DNA of 64,000 nt from Desulfotignum sp. GTDB lineage: Bacteria; Desulfobacterota; Desulfobacteria; Desulfobacterales; Desulfobacteraceae. The stretch is taken from assembly GCA_046260585.1 (NCBI GenBank), contig JBHEOW010000001.1, positions 45,242-109,241 of the forward strand. The letters run 5' to 3'. Each line of letters opens with the position of its first letter. Within the stretch, counting starts at the first letter, position 1. Of this stretch, positions 19,516 through 30,007 are shown piece after piece. A program made the position numbers and the translations under genes. A model generated the notes under the pieces. The model searched no databases, was not told the origin of the DNA, and saw only the letters and a program-made list of their open reading frames with translations.

Positions 19516-20919
19516 TTACATGACCTGAAAATTACAATTTGGCAATGTTAGGGTAAAGATGGCTCCTCTGCCGGGTTTGCTTTCCACCTGGACATCTCCG
19601 CCATGGGCTTGTGCAATAGTTTTGGCTAGCGGAAGCCCCAGTCCGGTGCCAGGACTGTTTCTGGAAGATTCCGTGCGGAAAAACCGTTCAAAAATACGTT
19701 CCTGAAAATCCGGATGGATTCCAGGCCCTGTGTCAATCACCTGAATCTCCAGGATGTCACCGGATTTTTGTCGGGCCTGCACCATCACCCGACCACCGCT
19801 GCCGGTATATTTGATGGCATTGTCCAAAAGATTGGAAAATGCACGCTGGAGCATCTTAATATCACCCTTCACAAAGAAGCGGCCTTGCACACTGCAGTAA
19901 AATGAAATATTTTTGTCCTCTGCAACCGGTTTGAACAGGTCACAGGCCTCCTGGACCATCCGGGCTGCATCCATTTGTTGGAAAATAAACTCACCCTCTC
20001 CTGCCTCTGTTTTGGAAATTACCAGCATGGTATTGATCATATCCAGCAGCTGGTCTGATTCCTCAATAGTGTTGGCGGCCATGGCATGAAAATCATCTAT
20101 GGTTTCTCCCTGCACCAGCCCCATTTCCGCAACGCCCCTGATTCGGGTGACCGGACTTTTCAGATCGTGGGCCATATTATCTCCCATCTCCCTGATACTG
20201 TTCACCAGGGTCTGGATACGGTCCAGCATCTGGTTAAAGGTGGCGGCCAGATGATCCAGTTCATCCTTGCTGCCGGTTTCAGGCACCCGTTTCTGGAGGC
20301 TTGTGCCTGTGATTGTCTTGGCAGTGCGGGTAATGGTATCCACCCGCACTAATGCCTTGCGCACCAGAAACCAGCCTGAAACAGCGGAAAATCCGATGAT
20401 AAACGCCATGGCCACCAAAAACACCAGCTTAAAGGCATTGAGAAATTTGGACTGGGAGTCCATGGCAATCCCGGTCTGCAAGATGACGTTGCGCGCGACA
20501 AAAGCATACAGGATGCGTGCCTTGTATGTTTGTTCCACCATGCGCGTGTCAAACACATGGGATTTTTTTTCCACCAGCCGGTCAAGCAGTTGCTGGTCCA
20601 CAGTGATATTCTTCCAATAGGACATGTGGGAAGATGCAAACACCTCACCATTGGGATAAAGCAGCCGGAAAAATATCAGTTTTTCCCCTGCTGCCTGGGC
20701 TTCAATAACCGCCAGGCTGCTGGCACCCCTCAGGCCGTTTTGGGTAATAACCGCAGCAAACTGACCAGCCTTCTCCAGAAGTTCCTGGTCGGTCTGGTCC
20801 TGAAGGGTGGAAACAGCCAGATAGTAAAACAGTATAAATGCAACACAGGCGGATATGGAAAAAATGCCGGTATACCAGAGGGTGAGGCGGAAGCTGATGG
20901 TCCTGAACAGATCAGGCAT
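19516..20919 (-). CDS. sensor histidine kinase (two TM helices, HAMP, HisKA, HATPase)
   Basis: H-box MAHDLKSPVT, N-box NLLDNAIKYT and G-boxes IDTGPGI and GTGLGL. The start overlaps the response regulator stop by 8 nt. Confidence 0.88.
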   Translation of the reverse strand: MPDLFRTISFRLTLWYTGIFSISACVAFILFYYLAVSTLQDQTDQELLEKAGQFAAVITQNGLRGASSLAVIEAQAAGEKLIFFRLLYPNGEVFASSHMSYWKNITVDQQLLDRLVEKKSHVFDTRMVEQTYKARILYAFVARNVILQTGIAMDSQSKFLNAFKLVFLVAMAFIIGFSAVSGWFLVRKALVRVDTITRTAKTITGTSLQKRVPETGSKDELDHLAATFNQMLDRIQTLVNSIREMGDNMAHDLKSPVTRIRGVAEMGLVQGETIDDFHAMAANTIEESDQLLDMINTMLVISKTEAGEGEFIFQQMDAARMVQEACDLFKPVAEDKNISFYCSVQGRFFVKGDIKMLQRAFSNLLDNAIKYTGSGGRVMVQARQKSGDILEIQVIDTGPGIHPDFQERIFERFFRTESSRNSPGTGLGLPLAKTIAQAHGGDVQVESKPGRGAIFTLTLPNCNFQVM

Positions 20920-21592
20920 CCTGGGTCCTTAGCACGTAGCCCGCCCCCCTCACCGTGTGAATCATCTTGGTGGGGTAATCTTTGTCGATCTTATCACGTA
21001 ACCGGCAGATTCTGGCCTCCACCACATTGGTCATGGGATCAAAATTATAATTCCATACATGTTCCATAATCATGGTCTTGGACACCACACGTTCCCGGTT
21101 GCGCAGCAGATATTCCAGCAGAGAAAATTCCAAAGGCTGCAGGTCAATAAACATCTCCCCTCTTTTGACTTGACGTTTCACAATATCCAAAGACAGGTCT
21201 TCATAGGTGAGTACCACAGGATCCGTCATATTGCCGGCCCTTCTGATCAGGGCCTGGACCCTGGCGAGCAGCTCTGAAAACGCAAAGGGCTTGGTCAGAT
21301 AATCGTCTGCTCCCGCCTCAAGGCCCTTGATACGATCATCCACACGATCCCTGGCGCTCAGCACGATGATGGGGGCGTTGTTTTTGACGGCCCGGATCTT
21401 ATTGATCAGAGAAAATCCATCCATTTGCGGCAGCATGATGTCAATGATCAACGTGTCATAGGATTTTTCACCTGCTTTTTCATACCCATGGGGTCCTGTG
21501 GCTGCCGTGTCCACGGCAAATCCCGCAGCCAGCAGACCTTTTTCCACAAAGCGTGTTATTTTTACATCATCTTCCACCAGAAGAACCCTCAT
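20912..21592 (-). CDS. OmpR-family response regulator
   Basis: Receiver domain MRVLLVEDD..DIMLP..K, and a winged-helix C-terminus (LEFSLLEYLL..TVRGAGYVL). ATG 21592 has a GGAGAG RBS; the track starts at 21625. Confidence 0.9.
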   Translation of the reverse strand: MRVLLVEDDVKITRFVEKGLLAAGFAVDTAATGPHGYEKAGEKSYDTLIIDIMLPQMDGFSLINKIRAVKNNAPIIVLSARDRVDDRIKGLEAGADDYLTKPFAFSELLARVQALIRRAGNMTDPVVLTYEDLSLDIVKRQVKRGEMFIDLQPLEFSLLEYLLRNRERVVSKTMIMEHVWNYNFDPMTNVVEARICRLRDKIDKDYPTKMIHTVRGAGYVLRTQDA

Positions 21593-21776
21593 GAAACTGC
21601 ACTCTCCGATAATGGTAACCGTCAATTGTTTGAAAATATCCCGAATTCTCTGGTTATTATATGAACCCCTTGTGAATAATCAATATTGATTTGATTTTTT
21701 TTCGTAAAACCGGTACGCTTGGCTGCAATTTTTTCCCCAATGCAATTGTAAAAAACATGGAAATGGAACCTGTGAG

Positions 21777-21992
21777 ATGAAATATACCTGGTGGATTTTT
21801 CAAATCGTGCTGATACTGGTATCGCTTTTTTTCTTTGTCTTCGGACTTGATCTGCTCATGGCATCCTATGGCCTTGAAGATCCCTTCAGCTTTATCATGA
21901 CGTTTTTTGCTGCCAGCTTCATCCTGCTCATAAGCACCACCCTGGCCGTCACTTTTTTCATTAAAATGATCCGGGTGTTCAAACGGATTTAA
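21777..21992 (+). CDS. small membrane protein (71 aa, two hydrophobic helices)
   Basis: ORF with two clear TM segments (WWIFQIVLILVSLFFFVFGL and FFAASFILLISTTLAVTFFI). I recognise no family. Confidence 0.5.
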   Translation: MKYTWWIFQIVLILVSLFFFVFGLDLLMASYGLEDPFSFIMTFFAASFILLISTTLAVTFFIKMIRVFKRI

Positions 21993-22027
21993 AAACAGCC
22001 AACCTTTAACTTCAGGTATTTTTCTTC

Positions 22028-23866
22028 ATGTCAGTTCTTTTCACCTTCACTGAAATATCCAAAACCTTTGGCGACGACACCCTTTTTTCAGATCTGAGCT
22101 TTGATTGTAAAACAGGGGAACGGTTAGGACTTATCGGCAGCAACGGCAGCGGAAAATCCACCCTGCTCAAAATTATCGCAGGAAAAATGCTGCCGGACAG
22201 TGGTGAGCTTGCGGTTCAAAAAGGTCTGCGCATTGTCTATCTTGCCCAGGAAGACCAGCTGGATCCGGACCAGACTGTTCAAGATACGTTATACACAAGC
22301 CTGGCACCTTTTTCCATGGACGAAAAAGAGCGCCACAAAAGGGTTAACCAGGCCATTGGAAAGGGCAAATTTGCAGATACAAACATGCCGGTACAGCTCT
22401 TGTCCGGGGGGTGGAAAAAACGGCTGGCCATCACCCGTTCCCTGTGCATGGGACCGGATCTTCTACTCCTGGATGAACCCACCAACCACCTTGATATAGA
22501 CGGTATTCTGTGGCTGGAACAGGTGCTTGTATCTGCTGCATTTTCCTATATTCTGGTGAGCCATGACAGGGCTTTTCTGGAAAATGTGTGTACCGGTATC
22601 ATGGAAATGGGAAAATTCTATGCCCAAGGATATTTTAAAATTCAGGCATCGTACCAGGTATTTGAACAGGAACGCCATAAATTTTTAGCAGCCCAGCAGA
22701 AACAACAGACATCTTTGGCCGGTAAAATGCGGCGGGAAGATGAATGGCTCAGGCAGGGAGCCAAAGCCAGAACAACAAAGGCCCGGTTCCGCATCGACCA
22801 GGCTGACAAGCTGCGCCAGTCTCTGGACGCGCTCAAGGAACGAAACCGGCACATTGCCAGAGTTGATATTGATTTTTGTGCCACCGGCAGACAAACCCGA
22901 AAACTGATCCAGGTGCACAACCTGACCAAGGGATTCCAAAAAACCCGCCTTTTTTCAGGCATTACCTTTGAACTGGGACCCGGTGCATGCCTGGGGGTGA
23001 CAGGCGTAAACGGCTCCGGCAAATCCACTTTTTTGTCTTTGCTGGAAAAAACAATACCACCGGACCATGGAACCGTCAAATGGGCGGAAGGCTTGAAAAT
23101 TGCCGTGTTTGACCAGAACAGATCCCGGTTGAATCCCCAGAGCCTGTTGCGGGATGCCCTGAATCCAGGTGGCGGTGATTCCGTCAATTACCTGGGAAAA
23201 AGCGTTCATGTGGTTACCTGGGCCAAGCGTTTCCTGTTCCTGCCGGACCAGCTGGATATGCCGGTCAAGCGCCTGTCCGGCGGAGAAAAGGCCAGGATTA
23301 TTCTGGCCAACCTGATGCTGCAGCCTGCTGATGTCCTGTTGCTGGACGAGCCCACCAATGACCTGGATATATTGTCTCTGGAAGTACTGGAGCAAAGTAT
23401 CAAAGAGTTTGCCGGTGCCATTGTGATTGTGTCCCATGACCGGTATCTCATGGACCGGGTCTGCCACAGGATCCTGTTTCTGGATCCTGGTTCGGATGCA
23501 GCATTTTACAAAGACTTCAACCAGATCCTCCAGGCCAGGACCCTTGAAAAACAGCCCAAAAAACAGACCCCAAAAAAACACTCTCCCGGAACAGATCCCA
23601 AACCTGCGGTACAAAAAACTTCACCCACCAAACCTGTTTTTTCTTTTAAAGACAAGTATGAACTGGAACATATGGAAGAAAAAATTCTGGCGGCGGAGGC
23701 ACTTGTGGAAGCATTACATGCCAAAATTCAAAACCCTGAATTTGCAACACAGGTAAAGAAGATGACCTACGCCTGTGAACAACTGGAACTGGCTGAAAAA
23801 CAAGTACAGGAACTCTATACCCGCTGGCAGATCTTAGAGCAGAAAAAAACAGACGTTCAAAAATAA
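22028..23866 (+). CDS. ABC-F family ATPase (Uup/YbiT-like, no TM domain)
   Basis: Two ABC cassettes: Walker A GSNGSGKST and GVNGSGKST, with signatures LSGGWKKRL and LSGGEKARI. A basic linker and C-terminal coiled coil are present. Confidence 0.9.
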   Translation: MSVLFTFTEISKTFGDDTLFSDLSFDCKTGERLGLIGSNGSGKSTLLKIIAGKMLPDSGELAVQKGLRIVYLAQEDQLDPDQTVQDTLYTSLAPFSMDEKERHKRVNQAIGKGKFADTNMPVQLLSGGWKKRLAITRSLCMGPDLLLLDEPTNHLDIDGILWLEQVLVSAAFSYILVSHDRAFLENVCTGIMEMGKFYAQGYFKIQASYQVFEQERHKFLAAQQKQQTSLAGKMRREDEWLRQGAKARTTKARFRIDQADKLRQSLDALKERNRHIARVDIDFCATGRQTRKLIQVHNLTKGFQKTRLFSGITFELGPGACLGVTGVNGSGKSTFLSLLEKTIPPDHGTVKWAEGLKIAVFDQNRSRLNPQSLLRDALNPGGGDSVNYLGKSVHVVTWAKRFLFLPDQLDMPVKRLSGGEKARIILANLMLQPADVLLLDEPTNDLDILSLEVLEQSIKEFAGAIVIVSHDRYLMDRVCHRILFLDPGSDAAFYKDFNQILQARTLEKQPKKQTPKKHSPGTDPKPAVQKTSPTKPVFSFKDKYELEHMEEKILAAEALVEALHAKIQNPEFATQVKKMTYACEQLELAEKQVQELYTRWQILEQKKTDVQK

Positions 23867-23923
23867 TGGTGTTGGCAACAATCACAAAATGAATTTTGTC
23901 AGCCAGAAGCCAACCAACTGTTT

Positions 23924-24133
23924 TCATTTCTGTTCTTTGATAAGAAATTCATCCAGTTTTTCAAACAATGTCTCCGGCCAGACTTCCGCTGTTAAAAACA
24001 ACTCTTTTTCTTCCGGGGTCAATTTTTCTCTGATGCCCTGGGGCAGGCTGTCAAACGCTTGCTGCCGTTCCTTTTTTGTTTTTTGGTCCATTTTCATCCA
24101 TTGCTTTGTTTGGTTTGTATACGTTATGTGCAC
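23924..24133 (-). CDS. small hypothetical protein (about 55-69 aa)
   Basis: ORF downstream of rsmE that overlaps its stop if the first ATG is used; internal ATGs at 24097/24091 are alternatives. The sequence is charged and helical. No family recognised. Confidence 0.4.
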   Translation of the reverse strand: MHITYTNQTKQWMKMDQKTKKERQQAFDSLPQGIREKLTPEEKELFLTAEVWPETLFEKLDEFLIKEQK

Positions 24134-24834
24134 AAGCGCGATATGAAACAGGTGATGGCGGTTTCCACCGTCAATATCCGCGCACCCATATGGTATGAAA
24201 CAAATCCCGTGTCTTCAAAGGTTTTTGCTTCCAGATCGATCCATCCGCCTTCCGGTCCCACTGCCAAGGTAACCGGCCGATCCACCCCCGCAGGACACAG
24301 ATGTTCTGTTTTGGGGTGAGCAAGAATGGAACGGGAATTTTTGGCAATATCCGGCAGTTCATTTTTTACAAACCGGGCAAAAAACCGTTTTTTATGAATC
24401 CGGGGCATTGCAGTATCCTTTGCCTGTTCCAGCCCCAGCATTTTATACCCGAAAAGTGTTTCATCCGCCAGCACCGGACTTTGCCAGAAACTTTTTTCCA
24501 CCCGCCAGGAATTGACCAGATAGATATCCTTGACCCCGAGGGAAGTAACATTTTGGATGATACGTTTGAGCATCTTTGGCCGGGGCAGTGCCAGAACCAG
24601 GGTTACGGGCAATGGTGCAGGCGGTGCCTGGTCAAGCATCACATCCATATCCAACCGGGTATCATCCATATGGATGATGATGCCGGACCCCATATTTCCA
24701 TTAAGAATGCCGCAGGCCACCCGGTCTCCTTGTCCTGCCCGGAGAACGTTTCTGATATGGGTATGACGCCGGTCTGTGAGACAAACCCTGCTTGAGCCGG
24801 TAAAATCCCCGGGGGTAAGCAGTATCAGATTCAT
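24124..24834 (-). CDS. rsmE: 16S rRNA (uracil1498-N3)-methyltransferase RsmE
   Basis: N-terminal PUA-like region (HIRNVLRAGQGDRV) and a C-terminal SPOUT knot motif AVGPEGGW. ATG 24834 lies 2 nt after the upstream stop; the track start 24840 is TTG. Confidence 0.85.
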   Translation of the reverse strand: MNLILLTPGDFTGSSRVCLTDRRHTHIRNVLRAGQGDRVACGILNGNMGSGIIIHMDDTRLDMDVMLDQAPPAPLPVTLVLALPRPKMLKRIIQNVTSLGVKDIYLVNSWRVEKSFWQSPVLADETLFGYKMLGLEQAKDTAMPRIHKKRFFARFVKNELPDIAKNSRSILAHPKTEHLCPAGVDRPVTLAVGPEGGWIDLEAKTFEDTGFVSYHMGARILTVETAITCFISRLCT

Positions 24835-24836
24835 GG

Positions 24837-27800
24837 TCAAAAGGTCACGATTTCACAGGAGGCTGTTTTTTCTTTCAGCGTGGACTGCCCCTGTGTTTTT
24901 CCCATAAGCATTGCCAGTTCCTCTGCCAGATGGACCGGTATCAGATGCGGCTGACGGCCCAGACCCTGGAGACAGGAAGGACAGTTGGTCAATATTGTCT
25001 TTTTTTCTCCTTTTTGTACAGGTGTCAGGGCTGTTTGTTTGCGTATCAGCATGGAATGGCTGATATCCGGTCTGGAAAGGGCCATGGTGCCGGCTTCAGA
25101 ACAGCAAAAGGGAACGGGTGTTACCTGAATGCCTTGTTTTTCAAGCAAACCGGGGGCTGCATCTTTCAAAGAATCATGACAGGGGGCATGGTATAAATAC
25201 GACTGGTGTGATGCCGCAGATATGTTCCAGTGCTGCAGCACATATTCTGAAATATCTGTCACAGCACAGTCAAAGATCTGTTGTACATCCAACTGCACCA
25301 AAGATTCCATGCATGTACCGCAGGATACAAGACAGGCATCAAAATCCAGATCATGAAACATATCCCGGATCTGGGTGAACACAATGATATTTTTTAAAAA
25401 TATCTGCTGGTATTGACGGGTTTGGGCATTGACCTTGAAAGGATATCCGCAGCACAAAAAAGGCGGGGGCAGAATGATTCTGTGGTTCTGCCCCAGCAAA
25501 AGATGGATGGCAGCCATGGAAATGCGGGAAAAAAGACGTTCACTGCCGCAGCCGGGAAAATAAAATACCGTGGAAACCGGTGATGCCAAAGGTTCCAGCA
25601 CCAGTGCCTGGTTTTTTCCGGTCACAGGCAGCACTGCCCGCAGGGTGCCGGCATCAGGCCGGGCAATTTTGGTACGCAGCAGCTGCATACCCCGGGTCCG
25701 GGCAAAGGCATCTGTCCTCGCCAGCGGGGACAAAAGACGTGCTGTATTGCGCTGCAAAAATGTACCTGTCCCCAGAAGAACCGGCCGGACAAGGCGGTTG
25801 GCCAATGGCCGCTTTTCAGACAGATATGCCAGGGTCATACGGGTGGACAAAGGGGTGCGTGTAAACCGCATGGTTTTGAGGATGTTGCGCTCTTCAATGG
25901 AAATATTGCCGGTATCAATATTCACCGGGCATTTGACAAAACACCGGTGGCAGATGGTGCAATGGTCTGCAATCTGTTCCAGATTTTTCAAAATTTTGAA
26001 TCCTGTGGACTGGGTGCGCTGGGTAATATACAGCATGGCTTCAATAAGTGATCCCAGGGCAAGGTTCTTGTTTCTAGGATGAAAAAACATGTTCTTATCG
26101 GGGAAGAACATCGGGCACACTGGCTTGCACTTGCCGCAGCGCACGCAATTGGCAATATTGAGGGCCAGATGGGACAAATCCCCGTGTTTGAGTATCCGGG
26201 CTTCCAGCTCCAGCAGGTTGAAGGACGGGGTAAATATCTTGTTGATAATATCCGGTTCAGATAATTTATTGGGGTTCATGATCCTGTCCGGATCCATACG
26301 GTCCCGGTATTGTTCAAAAGCCTTAATGGCAGAAGGATCCAGGTGTTTGAATTTTGTCACCCCGATACCGTGCTCCCCTGATACCACCCCTTTGAGAATT
26401 TTTGCTTTTTCCATGACCTTGTCCGCTGTCATGGCAGCCCGCTGCATCATTTCCCGGTCATTGGAAAAAACCGGGATATTCACATGGACATTGCCGTCTC
26501 CTGCATGCATATGGGTGGCAATGACAATGAGACGGGATTGGGCGCTCTGGTAAATTTTTTCCAGATTTTCCAGAACCAGGGTATAGCCCCGCAGGCTCTG
26601 GAAGACCTGATCATAATAATTTTTGGCATAGATACCGGCTTCCAGGGCATCCCTGGAAGCGATGACCAGTTTTTTTTTCGTTGCCCAGGCCAGGTCTTTG
26701 GCATGGGCAACTTTTTTCACCAGCCACTGGGGATCGGCCAGGGGAATAGCCCCATCTAAATAATCTACAATATCCTGGATGATCTTTGCCTGGTTAAACG
26801 CTTTTTCTTCCATGTTTGTCTGGTCCACAAAACGGACAAACGCGGCCAGAGAATCCATTGGCAGGACAATATCTTCATTGAGTTTAAAGGCATTGGTATG
26901 GGCGGCAATGGCACCCAGGCGTTTGCGGTCTTCCCAGAACCGCTTCGCTTCTTTGTCATCTTCTGCAATGGACAGGCCGGTTTTCTCATAGGGTGCCAGA
27001 ATGTTCTCAAGGGTTTTCAGGCCCTGGTCCAGGGTATCGTTGTCATTGGATACCATGTCCACAAGCAAAACAGCCTTGAGCCTGGTACCCATGGCCTGCT
27101 TGGTTTTATACCGGATGGCTTTGATATATTCCTCGTCAAAATGTTCCAGTGCCATTATGGCCGGATCTTTGCCGGAAAATGTCCTGGATATAGCGGCAAT
27201 GACCTGTCCCGCCTCGGTCATGTCATTGCCGAAAAACTCTATACAGCTGGTTTTTTTATGGGCAAATGCAGGATACAGGATAAACCGGGCAGAAGTGATG
27301 ATCCCGTCGCACCCCTCTTTCTGGATACCGGGAAGACCGTTAAGGGTTTTGTTGGTGACATCTTTGCCCAGATTTTTTTTACGGATCTGTTCACCGGCCA
27401 GTGCAATGGTTTGCACCTTTTGCCCCTGGTCATCTGTGACCTCGAAAGTGACGCGGTCCGTAGAAAGAATTTTTCTGCCGGGATGGTGTTTGCGCGTCAC
27501 GGTATACAGATGTCCGTCAGCCATGACAATATTGTAGGACAACACATTGTCCAGGGCTGTGCCGAAAAGAACAGCGGTTTTGCCGCCGGCATTTTCCGAC
27601 AGATTGCCGCCGATGGTGCAGGCCCAGGCAGAGGTGGGATCAGTGGCAAATATCAGCTTGTTTTTTGCGGCTGCATCCTTGGCATCCTGGGTAATGACTC
27701 CGGCCTCCAGGTGAATGGAAAAATGGGTTTGCGGCCCCGGAGTTTTGACAGGTGCAATATCTGATATACGGTTCAGTTTTTCCGTGTTGACCATGACACA

Positions 27801-28421
27801 ATGGGCAGTCAGCGGGGTAGCCCCCCCGGTCAGACCGGTACCGGCTCCTCTGGGAATAATATGCAGACCCAGGTCCCGGATTCTGGTCACCAGCTGCGGC
27901 ACCTGGGTTTCTTTGTCTGGTCTGAGCACCGCAATGGGCAGAAACCTGCGCCAGTCTGTGGCATCAGTGGCATGGGCCATAATGGTGAAAGGATCAAAAT
28001 AGATATTGTCCCTTCCGATAACAGGAGCCAGACTGCCCAGAATTTTCTGCCGGACGGTAAAATGGGTAAGGATCTGGCGGCTTAGAGCCTTGAGTGCATT
28101 CCGGCAGGCGGACAGCACCTGGAAAACCGCAGGGTGACGGGCTGCCTTTTCAATGATGTCAAGATCATTTTCACATTCTGAAAACAGGTGCCTGCGCTGC
28201 ACAGGATGTTCCAGCAGTTCCTGGAATAAAAAGGGATTGCGCTGGATGATGAACAGATCCCCCATGAACCGGTGCAAAAGCCTGGAGGATCTGCCGGTAT
28301 TCTTCTGGCTGTCAAGATGTGCAATGGCATCTTGTATATCTGATCCAAAAAGGTGCCGGATAATCTGGTCATCATTGGCAGAGGTGTAGTTATAGGGAAT
28401 CTTTCTTTTTGGATCGCGCAT
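24837..28421 (-). CDS. FAD-linked oxidase fused to a 2x[4Fe-4S] and 2xCCG-domain module (GlcD+GlcF-like; E. coli YdiJ-like architecture)
   Basis: PCMH FAD-binding region (IPRGAGTGLTGGATP) and FAD-oxidase C-terminal motif SGEHGIGVTK. Ferredoxin motifs CVRCGKCKPVCP and CTICHRCFVKCP, and CCG motifs PFLCCGYPF and PFCCSEAG. 1194 aa. Confidence 0.85.
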   Translation of the reverse strand: MRDPKRKIPYNYTSANDDQIIRHLFGSDIQDAIAHLDSQKNTGRSSRLLHRFMGDLFIIQRNPFLFQELLEHPVQRRHLFSECENDLDIIEKAARHPAVFQVLSACRNALKALSRQILTHFTVRQKILGSLAPVIGRDNIYFDPFTIMAHATDATDWRRFLPIAVLRPDKETQVPQLVTRIRDLGLHIIPRGAGTGLTGGATPLTAHCVMVNTEKLNRISDIAPVKTPGPQTHFSIHLEAGVITQDAKDAAAKNKLIFATDPTSAWACTIGGNLSENAGGKTAVLFGTALDNVLSYNIVMADGHLYTVTRKHHPGRKILSTDRVTFEVTDDQGQKVQTIALAGEQIRKKNLGKDVTNKTLNGLPGIQKEGCDGIITSARFILYPAFAHKKTSCIEFFGNDMTEAGQVIAAISRTFSGKDPAIMALEHFDEEYIKAIRYKTKQAMGTRLKAVLLVDMVSNDNDTLDQGLKTLENILAPYEKTGLSIAEDDKEAKRFWEDRKRLGAIAAHTNAFKLNEDIVLPMDSLAAFVRFVDQTNMEEKAFNQAKIIQDIVDYLDGAIPLADPQWLVKKVAHAKDLAWATKKKLVIASRDALEAGIYAKNYYDQVFQSLRGYTLVLENLEKIYQSAQSRLIVIATHMHAGDGNVHVNIPVFSNDREMMQRAAMTADKVMEKAKILKGVVSGEHGIGVTKFKHLDPSAIKAFEQYRDRMDPDRIMNPNKLSEPDIINKIFTPSFNLLELEARILKHGDLSHLALNIANCVRCGKCKPVCPMFFPDKNMFFHPRNKNLALGSLIEAMLYITQRTQSTGFKILKNLEQIADHCTICHRCFVKCPVNIDTGNISIEERNILKTMRFTRTPLSTRMTLAYLSEKRPLANRLVRPVLLGTGTFLQRNTARLLSPLARTDAFARTRGMQLLRTKIARPDAGTLRAVLPVTGKNQALVLEPLASPVSTVFYFPGCGSERLFSRISMAAIHLLLGQNHRIILPPPFLCCGYPFKVNAQTRQYQQIFLKNIIVFTQIRDMFHDLDFDACLVSCGTCMESLVQLDVQQIFDCAVTDISEYVLQHWNISAASHQSYLYHAPCHDSLKDAAPGLLEKQGIQVTPVPFCCSEAGTMALSRPDISHSMLIRKQTALTPVQKGEKKTILTNCPSCLQGLGRQPHLIPVHLAEELAMLMGKTQGQSTLKEKTASCEIVTF

Positions 28422-28423
28422 AC

Positions 28424-30007
28424 TTACAATTCAAATGTTGTCATGCTCACAACCAGGTCAAGGCTTTCTATTTCCGTTATCACCTCGGGCGGCACAGGGA
28501 TGTCGGTTTTCAAAAAGATGATGTTGCGCTGGCCGTCTTCTTCTCTGCCCACCATCATGCGGGAAATGTTGATGTTGTGCCTGCCCAGGGTGTTGCCGAT
28601 GGAGCCGATGGAACCGGGTTTGTCCACATTGTGGATCAGTCCCAGATGGCCTTCGGGAATCACCTCCAACCGGAACTTGTTGATGCGAACGATCCTTGGG
28701 GTATCTTTGCCGAATATGGTACCTGCCACCACATCACTGCGGGTGTCGGTCACTACGGTCATGCGGATCAGATTCAAAAAATTGCCCGAATCCTGGGCAG
28801 TGCTCTCTGAAATCTTGATGCCTTTTTCATTGGCCAGGGAGATGGCGTTCACGGAATTGACTTCATAGGGAATAAATTCATTGAGCAGTCCCTTAATGCC
28901 GGCAATGGTGACCGATTTTATATCCAGGTCCGGAAATTTGCCGATGTATTCGATATGTACTTCCCGAATACCGCCTGTGATGAGCTGGGCCTGCATTTTG
29001 CCCATTTTTTCAGCCAGGTATAAAAACGGTTTGAGCTGGCGCAGTACCTCTCCTGTGACAGACGGCACATTCACGGCATTGATCACGGTATCAAAAAGCA
29101 GGTAGGCAATAATCTGGTTGGCGGCCGCCACTGCCACGTTGGTCTGGGCTTCTTTGGTGGAGGCCCCCAGATGGGGGGTGGCAATGACCTGATCCAGGGT
29201 AAAAAGCGGATGATCTCCAGGCGGTTCCGTTGAAAACACATCTAGGGCAGCGCCTGCCACCTTTTTGGACTGTATGGCATCATACAGCGCGGATTCATTG
29301 ACAATGCCCCCCCTGGCACAATTGATCACATAGACCCCGTCCTTCATTTTTGCAAAAGCCTCGGCATCCAGAAGGTCAATGGTGGCATCCATTTTGGGCA
29401 CATGCACCGTAATATAGTCTGCCTGTTGGTACAGGGTGTCCAGGTCCACATATTCAAATCCCTGTTTTTCAATATGTTCACTGGAAATATTGGGATCAAA
29501 CACAATCACCCGCATGCGCAATCCTTTGGCAAGGGTTGCCGTAATAGAGCCGATATTGCCGAACCCGATAACGCCCAGGGTTTTATTGAAGATTTCCCTG
29601 CCCTGGAGCAGTTTTTTTTCCCATTTTCCCGCCTTCATGGAGGCAGTGGCCTTAGGGATGTTTCTGGTGAGGGCCATCATCATGGCAATGGCGTGTTCCG
29701 CCGTGGTCACGGTATTGCCCCCGGGCGTATTCATGACCGCCACCCCTTTTTTGGTGGCTGCATCAATGTCCACATTATCCAACCCGATGCCGGCCCGGGC
29801 AATAACCTTGAGGTTGTGTGCCGCATCCAGCAGGGCCTTGTCCACCTTTGTGGCGCTCCGGATAGCCAAAGCATCATAGGCCCCGATAATCTCCTGCAAT
29901 TGCTGTGGCGACAGGCCGGTGTTCACGTCCACCTCTATGCCGTCCTGATTTCTGAAAATATCAATGCCTGCCTCATCCATTTTATCACTGACCAGAACTT
30001 TCATCAT
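28424..30007 (-). CDS. serA: D-3-phosphoglycerate dehydrogenase (long form with ASB and ACT domains)
   Basis: 527 aa with NAD-binding motif GVIGFGNIG and catalytic region ATPHLGAST. The C-terminal ACT-like region resembles type I SerA. Confidence 0.93.
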   Translation of the reverse strand: MMKVLVSDKMDEAGIDIFRNQDGIEVDVNTGLSPQQLQEIIGAYDALAIRSATKVDKALLDAAHNLKVIARAGIGLDNVDIDAATKKGVAVMNTPGGNTVTTAEHAIAMMMALTRNIPKATASMKAGKWEKKLLQGREIFNKTLGVIGFGNIGSITATLAKGLRMRVIVFDPNISSEHIEKQGFEYVDLDTLYQQADYITVHVPKMDATIDLLDAEAFAKMKDGVYVINCARGGIVNESALYDAIQSKKVAGAALDVFSTEPPGDHPLFTLDQVIATPHLGASTKEAQTNVAVAAANQIIAYLLFDTVINAVNVPSVTGEVLRQLKPFLYLAEKMGKMQAQLITGGIREVHIEYIGKFPDLDIKSVTIAGIKGLLNEFIPYEVNSVNAISLANEKGIKISESTAQDSGNFLNLIRMTVVTDTRSDVVAGTIFGKDTPRIVRINKFRLEVIPEGHLGLIHNVDKPGSIGSIGNTLGRHNINISRMMVGREEDGQRNIIFLKTDIPVPPEVITEIESLDLVVSMTTFEL

